Counted from the first letter of the stretch, positions 29,320 to 39,147 are shown. The stretch: DNA of 64,000 bases from Gaiellales bacterium (GCA_036403155.1 DASWRM010000076.1:66909-130908), one strand, 5' to 3'. Notes: a model not told the origin generated them from the letters alone. Numbers and translations: made by a program.

Positions 29320-29759
29320 TGCGCTACCGGCTGTGCGACACGGCGCAGGACGTCTCGGGCATCGCCGTGCACCTCGGCATCAGTGCCGAGCCGTTTGCCG
29401 ACGAGGTGCCCTACGAGCTGTCGCTGCACGCCGGGGGCCTGCAGGTCGCGCACGTCGAGCGGGCCACGCTGACGCCGGCCGAGCTGTTCGCGCTCGGACA
29501 TGCGCTGCTCGACGCGGCCGCCGACGGGTTCGGCCACTTCGTCCCCGCGGACGAGGTGTTCGGGCTCGACCTGGCGCCGCCCAGCGTCCCCGTCGCCATC
29601 GACGAGGTCGGCATCACCGCCTGGGTCGACGCGGGCCGTGCGGCCGGGCGGACCGCCACGCGCAGCGGGGTGGCCGTGCAGCTCGTCGTGGATGCGCCGG
29701 CACTGGCCATGGTGGCCGAGGCGGTCTGCGACGACGCCGCCCGCGTGCTCAGCCGCTGA
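29319..29759 (+). CDS. hypothetical protein translationally coupled to the histidine kinase
   Basis: The ATG overlaps the kinase stop (TGATG 29317-29321). A 146-aa acidic protein with no recognisable motif. Only the last 146 codons of ORF 28158..29759 are taken. Confidence 0.4.
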   Translation: MRYRLCDTAQDVSGIAVHLGISAEPFADEVPYELSLHAGGLQVAHVERATLTPAELFALGHALLDAAADGFGHFVPADEVFGLDLAPPSVPVAIDEVGITAWVDAGRAAGRTATRSGVAVQLVVDAPALAMVAEAVCDDAARVLSR

Positions 29760-29762
29760 GCC

Positions 29763-31492
29763 TCAGTCGCCGTCGGAGGCGACTGCGAGCTCGCCCTCGA
29801 CCGACTCGACGGCCGGCCGCGCGTGCTCCTCGGGCACGTGCACGTACTTGCCGCCCCGGAACCACGACGCGACCGCAGCGATCAGACAGGCGGCGATGGC
29901 GAAGTCGAACGCCTCCCGCAGCCCCTCGGAGAACGGCTTCGAGATCAGCGTCGGGAAGTACTCGCGGCTGGTGAGGAACGCGGCGTGGTGCGCGCCGAGC
30001 TGTCCCAGCGAGCCGCGCAGCAGCTCGTGCATCGGGTTGTAGCCGAGGAACGACGCGAACAGCAGACCGACCGGCGGCAGCTGCGAGATGCGGTGGGCGT
30101 CCGCGGCGCTGACGCCCTGGGCGCGGAGGCCGGCGTCCATCGTCCCGGGCAGCGAGCCGGCGAGCCCGAGGATCATCAGGCTGAAGAAGATGCCGATCGA
30201 CAGCACCATCGCGGAGTTCTGGAACGTCGTCATCATCCCGGCGCCGGCCCCGCGGCGATCGGGCGGCAGGCTGTTCATGATGCCCGCCTGGTTGGGCGAC
30301 GCGAACAGCCCCATGCCGACGCCGACGAGCAGCAGCAGGCCGGCGAACTGCGGGTACGCGAAGTTCACGGGAAGCCGCTCGAACAGGTAGAAGGCGACGG
30401 CGGCGATCAGCATCCCGCCGGTCGCGAACGGTCGGGCGCCGAAGTGGTCGGAGAGCCAGCCGGACGCGGGGCCGGCGACGAGGAAGCCGACGGTGAGCGG
30501 CAGCATGTAGATGCCTGCCCAGAGCGGCGTCTCGGAAAAGCTGTAGCCGTGCAGCGGCAGCCAGATCCCCTGGAGCCAGATGATCAGCATGAACATCAGC
30601 CCGCCGCGGCCGAGCGAGGCCAGCAGCGTCGCCAGGTTGCCGAACGAGAACGGTCTCATCCGAAACAGGGAGAGGCGGAACATGGCGTCCTCGGTGCGCA
30701 TCTCGATGACCGCGAACGCGGTGAGCAGCACGACGCCGGCCACCAGCGCCGCGACCACCTTCGGGCTCGTCCAGCCCATCGTGTGCCCGCCGTAGGGCTG
30801 GATGCCGTAGGTGATCGCGACCAGCACCGCGATCAGCCCGGAGGCGAACGTGACGTTGCCCCACCAGTCGATCCGCGCGGGCTGTCGGATGCCGCGCTCC
30901 TCGAGCTTGCGCCACGACCAGATCGTCCCGAACAGCCCGACCGGAACCGAGACCAGGAAGACGAGGCGCCAGCTGACGGGGCCGAGCAGCCCCCCGAGCA
31001 CGAGGCCGATGAACGAGCCCGCGATCCCGGCGACGGCGTTCACGCCGAGCGCCGTCCCTCGCTGGTCGTGCGGGAAGGCGTCGGTGATGATCGCCGACGA
31101 GTTCGCGAACAGGAACGCGCCGCCGACACCCTGGCCGATGCGCATCGCGATCAGCCACAGGGCGCCGTGGCTGCCGGTCATCCACGTCACGGCGAGCAGC
31201 AGCGAGAACAGCGTGAACAACGCGAATCCCGTGGTGAACATGCGGACGCGGCCGTAGATGTCGCCGACGCGGCCGAAGCTGACGACGAGCACGGCGGTCG
31301 CGACCAGGAAGCCATGATCATCCACAGCAGGTAGCTGGAGTTGGCCGGCTCGAGCGGATTCAGGTGGATCCCGCGGAAGATGTCGGGCAGTGCGATCAGC
31401 ACGATCGACGAGTTGATCGTCGCCATCAGGATGCCGATCGTCGTGTTCGAGAGCGCGACCCACTTGTAGCGCTCGGAGTGGGTGGCGGTCAC
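29763..31492 (-). pseudogene. MFS transporter (DHA2/EmrB-like, 14-TMS type) interrupted by a 1-nt frameshift
   Basis: The N-terminus ([30 protein letters not shown]...SSYLLWMIM) is in the frame of ORF 31187..31720. The continuation ([22 protein letters not shown]...) is in the frame of ORF 29763..31463. The two frames collide at 31311-31315 (ATGGCTTC where ATGGGCTTC is expected). Confidence 0.7.
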
Positions 31493-31938
31493 GCGGGCTG
31501 CTCCATCTCGGCGAGCATCGAGCGCAACCGGCGCCGCTTGGCTGCCAGATCGTCCTCGAGCCGCTCCAGGTCGGTGAGCCGGGCTCGCACCAGTGAGATC
31601 TGGGTGTCGACGTGGTCGAGCCCCTCGCGGATGATCTGCGCGCGGGTGCCCTCGTCCGCGCTGGTCAGCTCCTGCCAGCGTTCGCGCAGCCGTGCGCGGG
31701 CATCCTCGGCGTCCATCCACTCACGCAGCTCGACGAGAGACAGGCCGAGCAGCGTGCGGACGTGCAACACGTCTCGCAGCCGCTGCTCGTCGTGGTCGTC
31801 GTAGATGCGGTGGCCGCCCTCCGGCCGGTCTCGACCGGGCAGCAGGCCCAGCTCCTCGTAGTAGCGCACGGCGCGCGGCGTGGTGCCCACGCGCCGGGCA
31901 AGCTCGCCGATCCGGAATGTCGTGGATGCCTCGATCAC
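31489..31938 (-). CDS. MerR-family transcriptional regulator
   Basis: [26 protein letters not shown] is a MerR HTH, followed by a C-terminal coiled coil. Its stop overlaps the MFS GTG (GTGA 31492-31489). Confidence 0.8.
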   Translation of the reverse strand: MIEASTTFRIGELARRVGTTPRAVRYYEELGLLPGRDRPEGGHRIYDDHDEQRLRDVLHVRTLLGLSLVELREWMDAEDARARLRERWQELTSADEGTRAQIIREGLDHVDTQISLVRARLTDLERLEDDLAAKRRRLRSMLAEMEQPA

Positions 31939-32065
31939 ATTTCTAACCTTAACGGAAGATTCCACGGCGAACAAGGCCGCAAAACACCGCGGTGCGATAC
32001 TGACGCATGCGTCACTATCACGACCCGATCGTCGCTCGCTCGGCCGGTCACTATGCTTCCGGACC

Positions 32066-33403
32066 ATGGGCGACCAGCCGATGCACCGCCGCTACCACGT
32101 CCAGACCTTCGGGTGCCAGATGAACGTCCACGACTCGGAGCGGATGAAGGGCCTGCTGGAGTCGCTGGGACTGGGGGAGGCCGCCGATCCGGCCGACGCC
32201 GACCTGCTGCTGTTCAACACCTGCACCATCCGCGAGAAGGCGGACGACCGCTTCGTCGCCCACCTGATGGAGGCGCGTGCCGCAAAGCAGCGCGACCCCG
32301 ACAAGGTGATCGTCGTGGGCGGCTGCTGGTCGGAGTCGATCAAGGACGAGCTGTTCGAGCGCTACCCGTTCGTCGACCTCGCGTTCGGCCCGGGCGCGAT
32401 CCACAAGCTCGGGGACTACATCCGGGCCGGGGGCGATGTCCCCCCCGGGCACTTCTCGACGTTCGACGCCTTCGCCGGCCATCTGCCCGGGAAGCGCGAG
32501 CGCCGCCACCAGGCCTGGCTGCAGATCTCCCAGGGCTGCAACTCGCGGTGCAGCTACTGCATCGTGCCCAGCGTGCGAGGCCGCGAGCAGAGCCGCACCA
32601 TGGACGACCTCGTCGGCGAGGCGACCGCCCTGGCGGCCGATGGCGTCCGCGAGCTGACCCTGCTCGGCCAGAACGTCAACTCCTGGGGTCGCGACCTCCC
32701 GCCCGCCGTCCGCGCCGGGTTCGGCGACCTGCTCCGGGCGCTCGACGCCGTCGAGGGCGTCGACCGGATCCGCTTCACCAGCCCGCATCCCAAGGACATG
32801 CGGGACGACGTGATCGCGGCGATCGCAGAGTGCGCCGCCGTCTGCGAGCACGTGCACCTCCCGCTCCAGTCCGGCTCGTCCCGCGTCCTCAAGGCGATGC
32901 GCCGCACGTACAACCGCGAGCGCTACCTCTCGCTGGTCGACCGGATCCGCAGCTCCGTACCGGGCATCGCGCTGACGACCGACATCATCGTGGGCTTCCC
33001 CGGCGAGACCGAGGGAGACTTCCAGGAGACGCTCGATGTCGTCGACGAGGTCGGCTACGACCACGCGTTCACCTTCGTCTACTCACCTCGCCGCGGCACG
33101 GAGGCGGCGACCATGGCCGATCAGGTGCCCGATGAGGTGAAGAGCGAGCGCATCGTCCGGCTCGTGGAGGCTGTTCAGCGGCATGCGGCCACCCGCAACG
33201 CCGCGCTCGTCGGCACCGTGCAGGAGGTGCTGGTCGAGGGGCCGAGCCGGACCGACCCGGACGTCCTGCGGGGCCGCACGAGAGGCAACAAGACGACGCT
33301 CTTCCGGGGCGACGCGCCGGAGGGCGATCTCGTCGCCGTCGAGATCGAGCGGGCGACCTCGCAGACGCTCTCCGGCCGCCAGGCCGCCGCCGTCGCGGCG
33401 TGA
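32066..33403 (+). CDS. miaB: tRNA-2-methylthio-N6-dimethylallyladenosine synthase
   Basis: YHVQTFGCQMNVHDSE (UPF0004 Cys), the radical SAM motif CNSRCSYC, and a TRAM domain at the C-terminus. Confidence 0.9.
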   Translation: MGDQPMHRRYHVQTFGCQMNVHDSERMKGLLESLGLGEAADPADADLLLFNTCTIREKADDRFVAHLMEARAAKQRDPDKVIVVGGCWSESIKDELFERYPFVDLAFGPGAIHKLGDYIRAGGDVPPGHFSTFDAFAGHLPGKRERRHQAWLQISQGCNSRCSYCIVPSVRGREQSRTMDDLVGEATALAADGVRELTLLGQNVNSWGRDLPPAVRAGFGDLLRALDAVEGVDRIRFTSPHPKDMRDDVIAAIAECAAVCEHVHLPLQSGSSRVLKAMRRTYNRERYLSLVDRIRSSVPGIALTTDIIVGFPGETEGDFQETLDVVDEVGYDHAFTFVYSPRRGTEAATMADQVPDEVKSERIVRLVEAVQRHAATRNAALVGTVQEVLVEGPSRTDPDVLRGRTRGNKTTLFRGDAPEGDLVAVEIERATSQTLSGRQAAAVAA

Positions 33404-33407
33404 CGCC

Positions 33408-34292
33408 GTGACGCGCGTGATCGCCGTGTTCGGGCCGACCGCGGCCGGGAAGACGGCAGCCGCGGTGCGGCTCGCGCACGCGCTCGGCGCCGAGATCGTC
33501 AACTGCGACGCGATGCAGCTCTACGCCGGACTGCCGGTCCTGACGAACCAGCCGTCCGAGCAGGAGCGGGACGGCGTGCCGCATCACCTGCTGGCGGTCT
33601 GGCCGCTTGGCCACGAGGGGTCGGTGGTTGAGTACGGCCGTCTCGCGCGCGAGGCGATCGCCGGCATCCGGTCGCGCGGGCACGACGCGGTGGTCGTCGG
33701 CGGCAGCGGCCTCTACCTGCGCGCCGCGCTCGCGCCGCTGGACGTCCCGCCGCAGCCGCGCCCCGGCGACCGCGAGCGGTTCGAGCGCCTCTACGACCGC
33801 GACGGAGCGCACGCGGCGCACGCGCTGCTCGAGCGCCGGGATCCCCGCGCGGCCGGCGTCGTGCACCGCAACGACCGGCGGCGGGTCGTGCGCGCGCTCG
33901 AGCTGACCGAGATCGGCGCCTCGCTTGCTCCGGAGTCGAGCTCTCTCTGGGCCCCCGCACACGGCGATTCGGTGGTGCTCGGCCTCGAGGTTGCGCCGGA
34001 CGAGATCCGCCGAAGAATCGCCGAGCGCACGCGCAGCATGTTCGAGCGCGGGGTGGAGGACGAGGTGCGCGAAGCGCTCGGCGGCCCGGTCTCGCGGACC
34101 GCCGCGCGCATCCACGGGCTGCAGGATGTCGCCGCCCTGCTGGCCGGCGAGATCGACCGCGAAGAGGCGATCCGGCGGCTCGACGTGCGCACCCGCCGGT
34201 ACGCGAAGCGCCAGCGGGCCTGGATGCGTCGGCTGCCCGGGCTGCGGCCGGTGGCGCCGGACGCGGTGGTGCCCGAGCGGGTGGCAGGGTGA
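33408..34292 (+). CDS. miaA: tRNA dimethylallyltransferase
   Basis: VFGPTAAGKT P-loop, NCDAMQLY and VPHHLL. GTG 33408. Confidence 0.9.
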   Translation: MTRVIAVFGPTAAGKTAAAVRLAHALGAEIVNCDAMQLYAGLPVLTNQPSEQERDGVPHHLLAVWPLGHEGSVVEYGRLAREAIAGIRSRGHDAVVVGGSGLYLRAALAPLDVPPQPRPGDRERFERLYDRDGAHAAHALLERRDPRAAGVVHRNDRRRVVRALELTEIGASLAPESSSLWAPAHGDSVVLGLEVAPDEIRRRIAERTRSMFERGVEDEVREALGGPVSRTAARIHGLQDVAALLAGEIDREEAIRRLDVRTRRYAKRQRAWMRRLPGLRPVAPDAVVPERVAG

Positions 34293-34687
34293 GGGAGCGC
34301 GAGCACGATGCGGTACGCGAGGCGCGCGATGCCCTGGTCGTGATCGGCGCAGTCACGCCGCCGCTCGTGATCCTCTCGGTGCTCTTCGGGGTCGCGACCG
34401 ACGAGCTCGACGAGTTCCTGCGCTGGATCGCAGGCACGCTCCTGATGGCGTCCGTGCTGCTCGTCTGCCTGGCCTCGGCGCTGCTCGTGGCGGACCGTCT
34501 CGCGCGCAGCTGGTGGAACGTCCGCCCGCATGCGCTTCGCCGCCTCCAGCTGATCCCGGGCAGCCTCGGGGTCGCGTTGCTGCTGGTCGCCGGATATCCG
34601 ACCACGGAGCCCGTCATCATCGGGCTGAGCGTGGTCGCGCTGATCCTCGGCGCGCTGGTCGCCGCCGGGGCGGCGCTCGACCTGTGA
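34289..34687 (+). CDS. hypothetical membrane protein
   Basis: A GTGA overlap with miaA. It has 3-4 hydrophobic segments and no recognisable motif. Confidence 0.4.
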   Translation: MREREHDAVREARDALVVIGAVTPPLVILSVLFGVATDELDEFLRWIAGTLLMASVLLVCLASALLVADRLARSWWNVRPHALRRLQLIPGSLGVALLLVAGYPTTEPVIIGLSVVALILGALVAAGAALDL

Positions 34688-34708
34688 CCCATCCCATATC
34701 CTCCGGCG

Positions 34709-35509
34709 ATGCGGTTCGAGAAGTGGCACGGCATCGGCAACGCCTACCTCGTGATCGAGCAGGCCGACCTTCCCGTCGAGCCGACCGCCGCGCGGGTCGA
34801 GCGGATCTGCCATGCGGACCTCGGCGCCGGCGGCGACGGCATCCTGCTGATCTCCGGCGACTCAGGCCGCCCGCGGGTGCGCATCTTCAACCCCGACGGC
34901 GGCGAGGCCGAGTTCTCCGGCAACGGCACGCGCATCGCCGCCGGATACCTGATGCAGCGCGACGGCGTCGACCGCGTCGACATGACCACAATCAAGGGCC
35001 CGATACGCGGAGAGCGCCACGGCGACGTGATCACGATCGACGCGGGCCGCGCCGCGCTCGAGTCGGGCGACCACCGGCCGGACGGCGGCCCGCCGCCGGC
35101 CGACCGGTACACGTTCGTGTCAATCGGGAACCCCCACTGCGTGATCGAGGTCGACGACCCCGAGCCGCTCGATCTGGCGGCCGTCGGGCGGCCGATCGAG
35201 CACCATGCCTGGTTCCCGAACCGCACGAACGTCGAGTTCTACCGACCGCTCTCCGAGCACGACATCCGCATGCGGGTCTGGGAGCGCGGCGCCGGCGAGA
35301 CGCTGTCGTCGGGGAGCGGCTCGAGCGCGGCCGCCGTTGCCGCCGTCGTCAACGGCCGGGCGCGGTCGCCGGTGACGGTGCACCTGGACGGCGGTGACCT
35401 GACGATTGACGTCTCCGACGACCTCGACGTGCGCCTGACCGGCCCGGTCGAGCCGATCCTGCGCGGAACGTTCGACGGAGCGTTCCTCCGCTCGCTGGAG
35501 CAGCTGTGA
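34709..35509 (+). CDS. dapF: diaminopimelate epimerase
   Basis: FEKWHGIGNAYLV...FNPDGGEAEFSGNG...VSIGNPHCV...ERGAGETLSSGSG carries both catalytic Cys/Ser-region motifs. Confidence 0.9.
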   Translation: MRFEKWHGIGNAYLVIEQADLPVEPTAARVERICHADLGAGGDGILLISGDSGRPRVRIFNPDGGEAEFSGNGTRIAAGYLMQRDGVDRVDMTTIKGPIRGERHGDVITIDAGRAALESGDHRPDGGPPPADRYTFVSIGNPHCVIEVDDPEPLDLAAVGRPIEHHAWFPNRTNVEFYRPLSEHDIRMRVWERGAGETLSSGSGSSAAAVAAVVNGRARSPVTVHLDGGDLTIDVSDDLDVRLTGPVEPILRGTFDGAFLRSLEQL

Positions 35510-36675
35510 GGATCGCGAAGCGCGTGACCCAGCTGCCGCCGTACCTGTTCGCCGAGCTGGAGCGGAAGATCGAGGAGAAGCGCAAGGCGGGGGTGGACGT
35601 GATCTCGCTCGGGATTGGGGATCCCGACCTGCCGACACCGGACGCCGTGGTCGCGGAGGGGCAGCGCCAGCTGGCGCGCCCCGACACCCACCAGTACCCC
35701 TCCAACAGGGGACGGCCGGCCTTCCGGGAGGCCGTCGCCGACTTCTACCGGCGACGGTTCGGGGTCGACCTCGACCCTGAGACCGAGGTGCTGCCCCTGC
35801 TCGGCGGCAAGGAGGGGATCGCGCACATCTGCTGGGCGATGCTCGACCCGGGTGACGTGTGCCTCGCGGCGGATCCCGGCTACCCGGTGTACACCTCGGG
35901 GCCGTTCCTCTGCGGAGCGGAAGCTGTGTTGATGCCGCTCAAAGCCGCAACCGGCTTCCAGCCGGACCTGGAGGCGATCACCGCCGAGCACCGGTCGCGC
36001 GCGAACCTGCTGTTCTGCAACTACCCGAACAACCCGACCGGCGCAGTCATCGAGGACGACTTCTTCGAGCGTCTGGCACGGTTCGGGCTCGAGCACGAGA
36101 TCCCGGTCGTGCACGACAACGCGTACTCCGAGATCACCTTCGACGGCTACGTCGCACCGAGCTTCCTCCAGGCGCCTGGGGCAAAGGAGGCAGGCATCGA
36201 GATGTTCTCGCTGTCGAAGGCCTACAACATGACCGGCTGGCGCGTCGGTGCTGCGGTCGGCAATGCGGACATGATCCACGCGCTCTGGAAGCTGAAGACG
36301 AACATCGACTCCGGGATGTTCGACGCCGTCCAGATGGCCGGCGTGCGAGCGCTGGGGGAGGGCGGCTCGGTCGCGCGTGAGATGTGCGAGGTGTACCGCC
36401 GCCGCCGCGATCTCGCAGTATCGGCACTGCAGGCCGTCGGCATCGAGGTGGAGCCGCCGCGCGGCACGATGTACATCTGGGTGCCGGCCCCCGCGAGCCA
36501 CACCTCCGTGTCGTTCACCGAGCTGGTGCTCGAGCAGGCCGGTGTGGTCGTCTCGCCCGGGTCGTCGTTCGGCCCGAACGGGGAAGGGTATGTCCGGCTC
36601 TCGCTCACGCTCCCGGATGCCCGGCTCCGCGAGGCCGTGGAGCGGATCGAGCGGCATCTCCGCGTGGCTGTCTGA
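35506..36675 (+). CDS. dapL: class I PLP aminotransferase, probable LL-diaminopimelate aminotransferase
   Basis: LPPYLFAELERKIEEKRKAGVDVISLGIGDPDLPTP is a DapL-type N-terminus, and SLSKAYNMTGWRVG carries the PLP lysine. The GTG overlaps the dapF stop (GTGA). Confidence 0.65.
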   Translation: MRIAKRVTQLPPYLFAELERKIEEKRKAGVDVISLGIGDPDLPTPDAVVAEGQRQLARPDTHQYPSNRGRPAFREAVADFYRRRFGVDLDPETEVLPLLGGKEGIAHICWAMLDPGDVCLAADPGYPVYTSGPFLCGAEAVLMPLKAATGFQPDLEAITAEHRSRANLLFCNYPNNPTGAVIEDDFFERLARFGLEHEIPVVHDNAYSEITFDGYVAPSFLQAPGAKEAGIEMFSLSKAYNMTGWRVGAAVGNADMIHALWKLKTNIDSGMFDAVQMAGVRALGEGGSVAREMCEVYRRRRDLAVSALQAVGIEVEPPRGTMYIWVPAPASHTSVSFTELVLEQAGVVVSPGSSFGPNGEGYVRLSLTLPDARLREAVERIERHLRVAV

Positions 36676-36703
36676 GCGGCCCGGGACGGCCACACCCCGC
36701 CAC

Positions 36704-36709
36704 CTATAC
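36704..36709 (+). promoter_or_regulatory. candidate -10 hexamer (TATACT) for a leaderless hflX mRNA
   Basis: TATACT ends 7 nt before ATG 36717, and there is no SD sequence in between. Confidence 0.3.
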
Positions 36710-36716
36710 TCATCGT

Positions 36717-38003
36717 ATGCAGGCGACCTCCCAGAACGGCGCATCGCCGGGCGTCGCGCCCGAGCGCGGCATCATCATGCTCACGCTCCCACCCGGCGCG
36801 GACGCGGGACCGATGCTGCTCGAAATGGAGGAGCTGCTGCGCACTGCCGGTGTGGAGGCGGTCGCATCGATCGTGCAGCACCGTGCCGGCCCGCACCCGA
36901 GCACCTACCTCGGGCCTGGGAAGCTGGAGGAGCTCAAGGAGCTCGCCGAACGCCTGCACGCCGAGGTCGTGGTCTGCGACGACGAGCTCACCCCGAGGCA
37001 GCAGCGCCGGCTCGAGGACGAGCTGCAGTCGCGGGTGGTCGACCGCACCGCGGTGATCCTGGACATATTCGCGCAGCACGCGCACACAGCCGAGGGCAAG
37101 CTCCAGGTGGAGCTGGCCCAGCTCGAGTACAACCTCCAGCGCATGCGCGGGATGTGGCAGCACCTCGAGCGCCTCGGCGGCGGCATCGGTACCCGCGGCC
37201 CCGGCGAGTCGCAGCTCGAGTCCGATCGCCGGATGGCCAGGCGGCGCATCTCGCTGCTGCGCGGTCGGCTGCGCGACGTCGCCGCGCGGCGCGACGTGAT
37301 GCGGCAGGAGCGGTCGCGAAACCAGACGCCGACGGTCTCGCTCGCCGGGTACACCAACGTCGGCAAGTCCACCCTCCTGAACGCCCTCACGGGAAGCGAC
37401 GTGAGCGTCGACAACCGGTTGTTCGAGACGCTCGACCCGACCACGCGCGCCTTCCGCGAAGGCGGCAGGTCGTATCTCGTCACGGACACGGTCGGCTTCA
37501 TCCGGAAGCTGCCACACGGGCTGGTCGAGGCGTTCGCAGCGACGCTCGAGGAGACGCTGGCGGGAGATCTGGTGCTGGTCGTGGCCGATGGGTCGGCGGA
37601 CGAGGACGAGCTGTCCGGACAGCTGTCGAGCGTTGAGTCGGTGCTGGACGAGATCGAGGCCGAGGAGATTCCGCAGCTGCTCGTGCTGAACAAGATCGAC
37701 ATCGTCGACCCGCTCGGCCGCCGCCGCCTGCGGAACCGGTATCCCCAGGCGGCGCAGGTCTCGGCGCGCACCGGCGAGGGGCTGGACGAGCTGAAGCAGC
37801 GGGTGGCGGAGTTCTTCGCAGACCGCTTCGTGGACGTGCGGCTGCTGCTGCCACACGACCGCGGCGCGGCGCTGTCGGCGCTCTACGAGTCGGGCGCGCC
37901 GATCACGGCGCGCGAGGACGCGGCCGACGGCGTGCTCGTGACCGCGCGCCTGCCAGAGCGGCTGGTCAGCCGGTTCGAGCGCTACCGCGCGGACGACCGT
38001 TGA
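36717..38003 (+). CDS. hflX: GTPase HflX
   Basis: The HflX N-domain (DELTPRQQRRLEDEL...DRTAVILDIFAQHA), then GESQLESDRR and the G1 motif GYTNVGKSTLLN. Confidence 0.9.
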   Translation: MQATSQNGASPGVAPERGIIMLTLPPGADAGPMLLEMEELLRTAGVEAVASIVQHRAGPHPSTYLGPGKLEELKELAERLHAEVVVCDDELTPRQQRRLEDELQSRVVDRTAVILDIFAQHAHTAEGKLQVELAQLEYNLQRMRGMWQHLERLGGGIGTRGPGESQLESDRRMARRRISLLRGRLRDVAARRDVMRQERSRNQTPTVSLAGYTNVGKSTLLNALTGSDVSVDNRLFETLDPTTRAFREGGRSYLVTDTVGFIRKLPHGLVEAFAATLEETLAGDLVLVVADGSADEDELSGQLSSVESVLDEIEAEEIPQLLVLNKIDIVDPLGRRRLRNRYPQAAQVSARTGEGLDELKQRVAEFFADRFVDVRLLLPHDRGAALSALYESGAPITAREDAADGVLVTARLPERLVSRFERYRADDR

Positions 38004-38446
38004 GCGTCGCGGTCGCCTTCCAGCGGCTGCATCCCGACGCGCAGATCCCAACGGCGGCATACCGGCATGACGCAGGCCTCGACCTCGCGAGCGTCGAGCG
38101 CGCGGTGCTGCGGCCGGGCGAGCGAGGGACGATCGGCACCGGTCTGGCCGTCGCGATCCCTCCAGGGCATGCCGGGTTCGTGCAGCCCCGGTCGGGGCTG
38201 GCCGCACGCAACGGCATCACCGTGGTTAACTCTCCGGGTCTGATCGACGCCGGCTACCGCGGAGAGCTGCGGGTGGTGCTGCTGAACACGGATCGCGAGC
38301 ACGACTTCACGGTGGAGATCGGCGACCGCATCGCCCAGCTCGTGGTGCTCGCGCTGCCGCAGCTGGAGCTGGTCGAGATGGAACGGCTCCCCGAGTCGGA
38401 GCGCGCCGCGCGCGGCTTCGGCTCGTCCTCGGCGGGCGGGCCGTGA
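38000..38446 (+). CDS. dut: dUTP diphosphatase
   Basis: DAGLDL...VQPRSGLA...GLIDAGYRGEL...GFGSS. The TTG start overlaps the hflX stop (TTGA). Confidence 0.9.
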   Translation: MSVAVAFQRLHPDAQIPTAAYRHDAGLDLASVERAVLRPGERGTIGTGLAVAIPPGHAGFVQPRSGLAARNGITVVNSPGLIDAGYRGELRVVLLNTDREHDFTVEIGDRIAQLVVLALPQLELVEMERLPESERAARGFGSSSAGGP

Positions 38447-38895
38447 GCGAGCCGCGCATCCGGGTGGCCGCGCTGATACGCCGCGGCAACTCGGTGCTGC
38501 TGTGCAACCACACCAAGCTCGGCCGCTCGTACTGGCTGCTGCCGGGCGGCGGGGTGGAGGAGGGCGAGTCGCTCCACGAGGCGCTGCTGCGCGAGCTGGA
38601 CGAGGAGTGCTCCCTGCGAGCCGTCACCCTCGAGGGGCCGATCGCCATTGCGGAGTCGATCGCACCGGCCGGCGAACGGCCGCGCAAGCACGTCGTGCAC
38701 CTGGTCTTCGCGGGCAGCGTGCAGGACGACCAGTTCGCGGGCATCGCGTCCGACGACGCCTCGATCCGGGGGCACCGGTTGGTGCCCATCGCCGACCTCG
38801 CCGCGATGGACGTCCGGCCGCCGATCCACCGCTTCCTCGAGCGCTGGATGCCCGGCGACCCCTTCGTCCACCTCGGGCAGCTGTGGGTGCGCTGA
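38443..38895 (+). CDS. NUDIX hydrolase
   Basis: Nudix box GGGVEEGESLHEALLRELDEE. The GTG overlaps the dut stop. Confidence 0.8.
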   Translation: MSEPRIRVAALIRRGNSVLLCNHTKLGRSYWLLPGGGVEEGESLHEALLRELDEECSLRAVTLEGPIAIAESIAPAGERPRKHVVHLVFAGSVQDDQFAGIASDDASIRGHRLVPIADLAAMDVRPPIHRFLERWMPGDPFVHLGQLWVR

Positions 38896-38926
38896 CCGCG
38901 CCGGTGTTCAGGGCGGGTTAAGCAGT

Positions 38927-38955
38927 TTGACGCGGTGAGCGGACGCTCGTACCCT
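38927..38955 (+). promoter_or_regulatory. candidate sigma70-type promoter for the 49-aa ORF
   Basis: TTGACG (38927-38932), a 17-nt spacer, then TACCCT (38950-38955). Confidence 0.35.
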
Positions 38956-38997
38956 CCTTACGCACAAAGTCGATAGACATTGAGGAGATTCTGCCGA

Positions 38998-39147
38998 ATG
39001 CTTCCCATCCGCGTCATCCATACCCACCGCCGTCCGTCACGCGAGAGCGAGCACGAGCTGTTCACGAGGCTGGCCCAGGAGCGGCGCCGCCAGCGACGTC
39101 GAGAGCGCCGCGGCCAGCTCCTGCGCGGCGTGCGCAGGCTGGGGTAG
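38998..39147 (+). CDS. small Arg-rich protein (49 aa), unannotated in the ORF track
   Basis: MLPIRVIHTHRRPSRESEHELFTRLAQERRRQRRRERRGQLLRGVRRLG. A GAGGAG RBS lies 10 nt upstream, about 42 of 48 codons end in G/C, and the ORF is flanked by a promoter-like motif and a strong hairpin. Confidence 0.4.
   Translation: MLPIRVIHTHRRPSRESEHELFTRLAQERRRQRRRERRGQLLRGVRRLG

Noticed and set aside
31187-31720. 177-aa ORF treated as an independent gene upstream of the MFS transporter
   Set aside because: Only its central part ([12 protein letters not shown]...LLWMIM) is protein-like, and that part is the missing N-terminus of the MFS transporter. The remainder overlaps the MerR gene or is off-frame. It is better explained as the 5' half of a frameshifted gene.
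36222-38207. 661-aa minus-strand ORF antisense to hflX/dut, and plus-strand ORF 36377..37636
   Set aside because: They overlap HflX, which has clear GTPase motifs in another frame, and their products have low-complexity composition.
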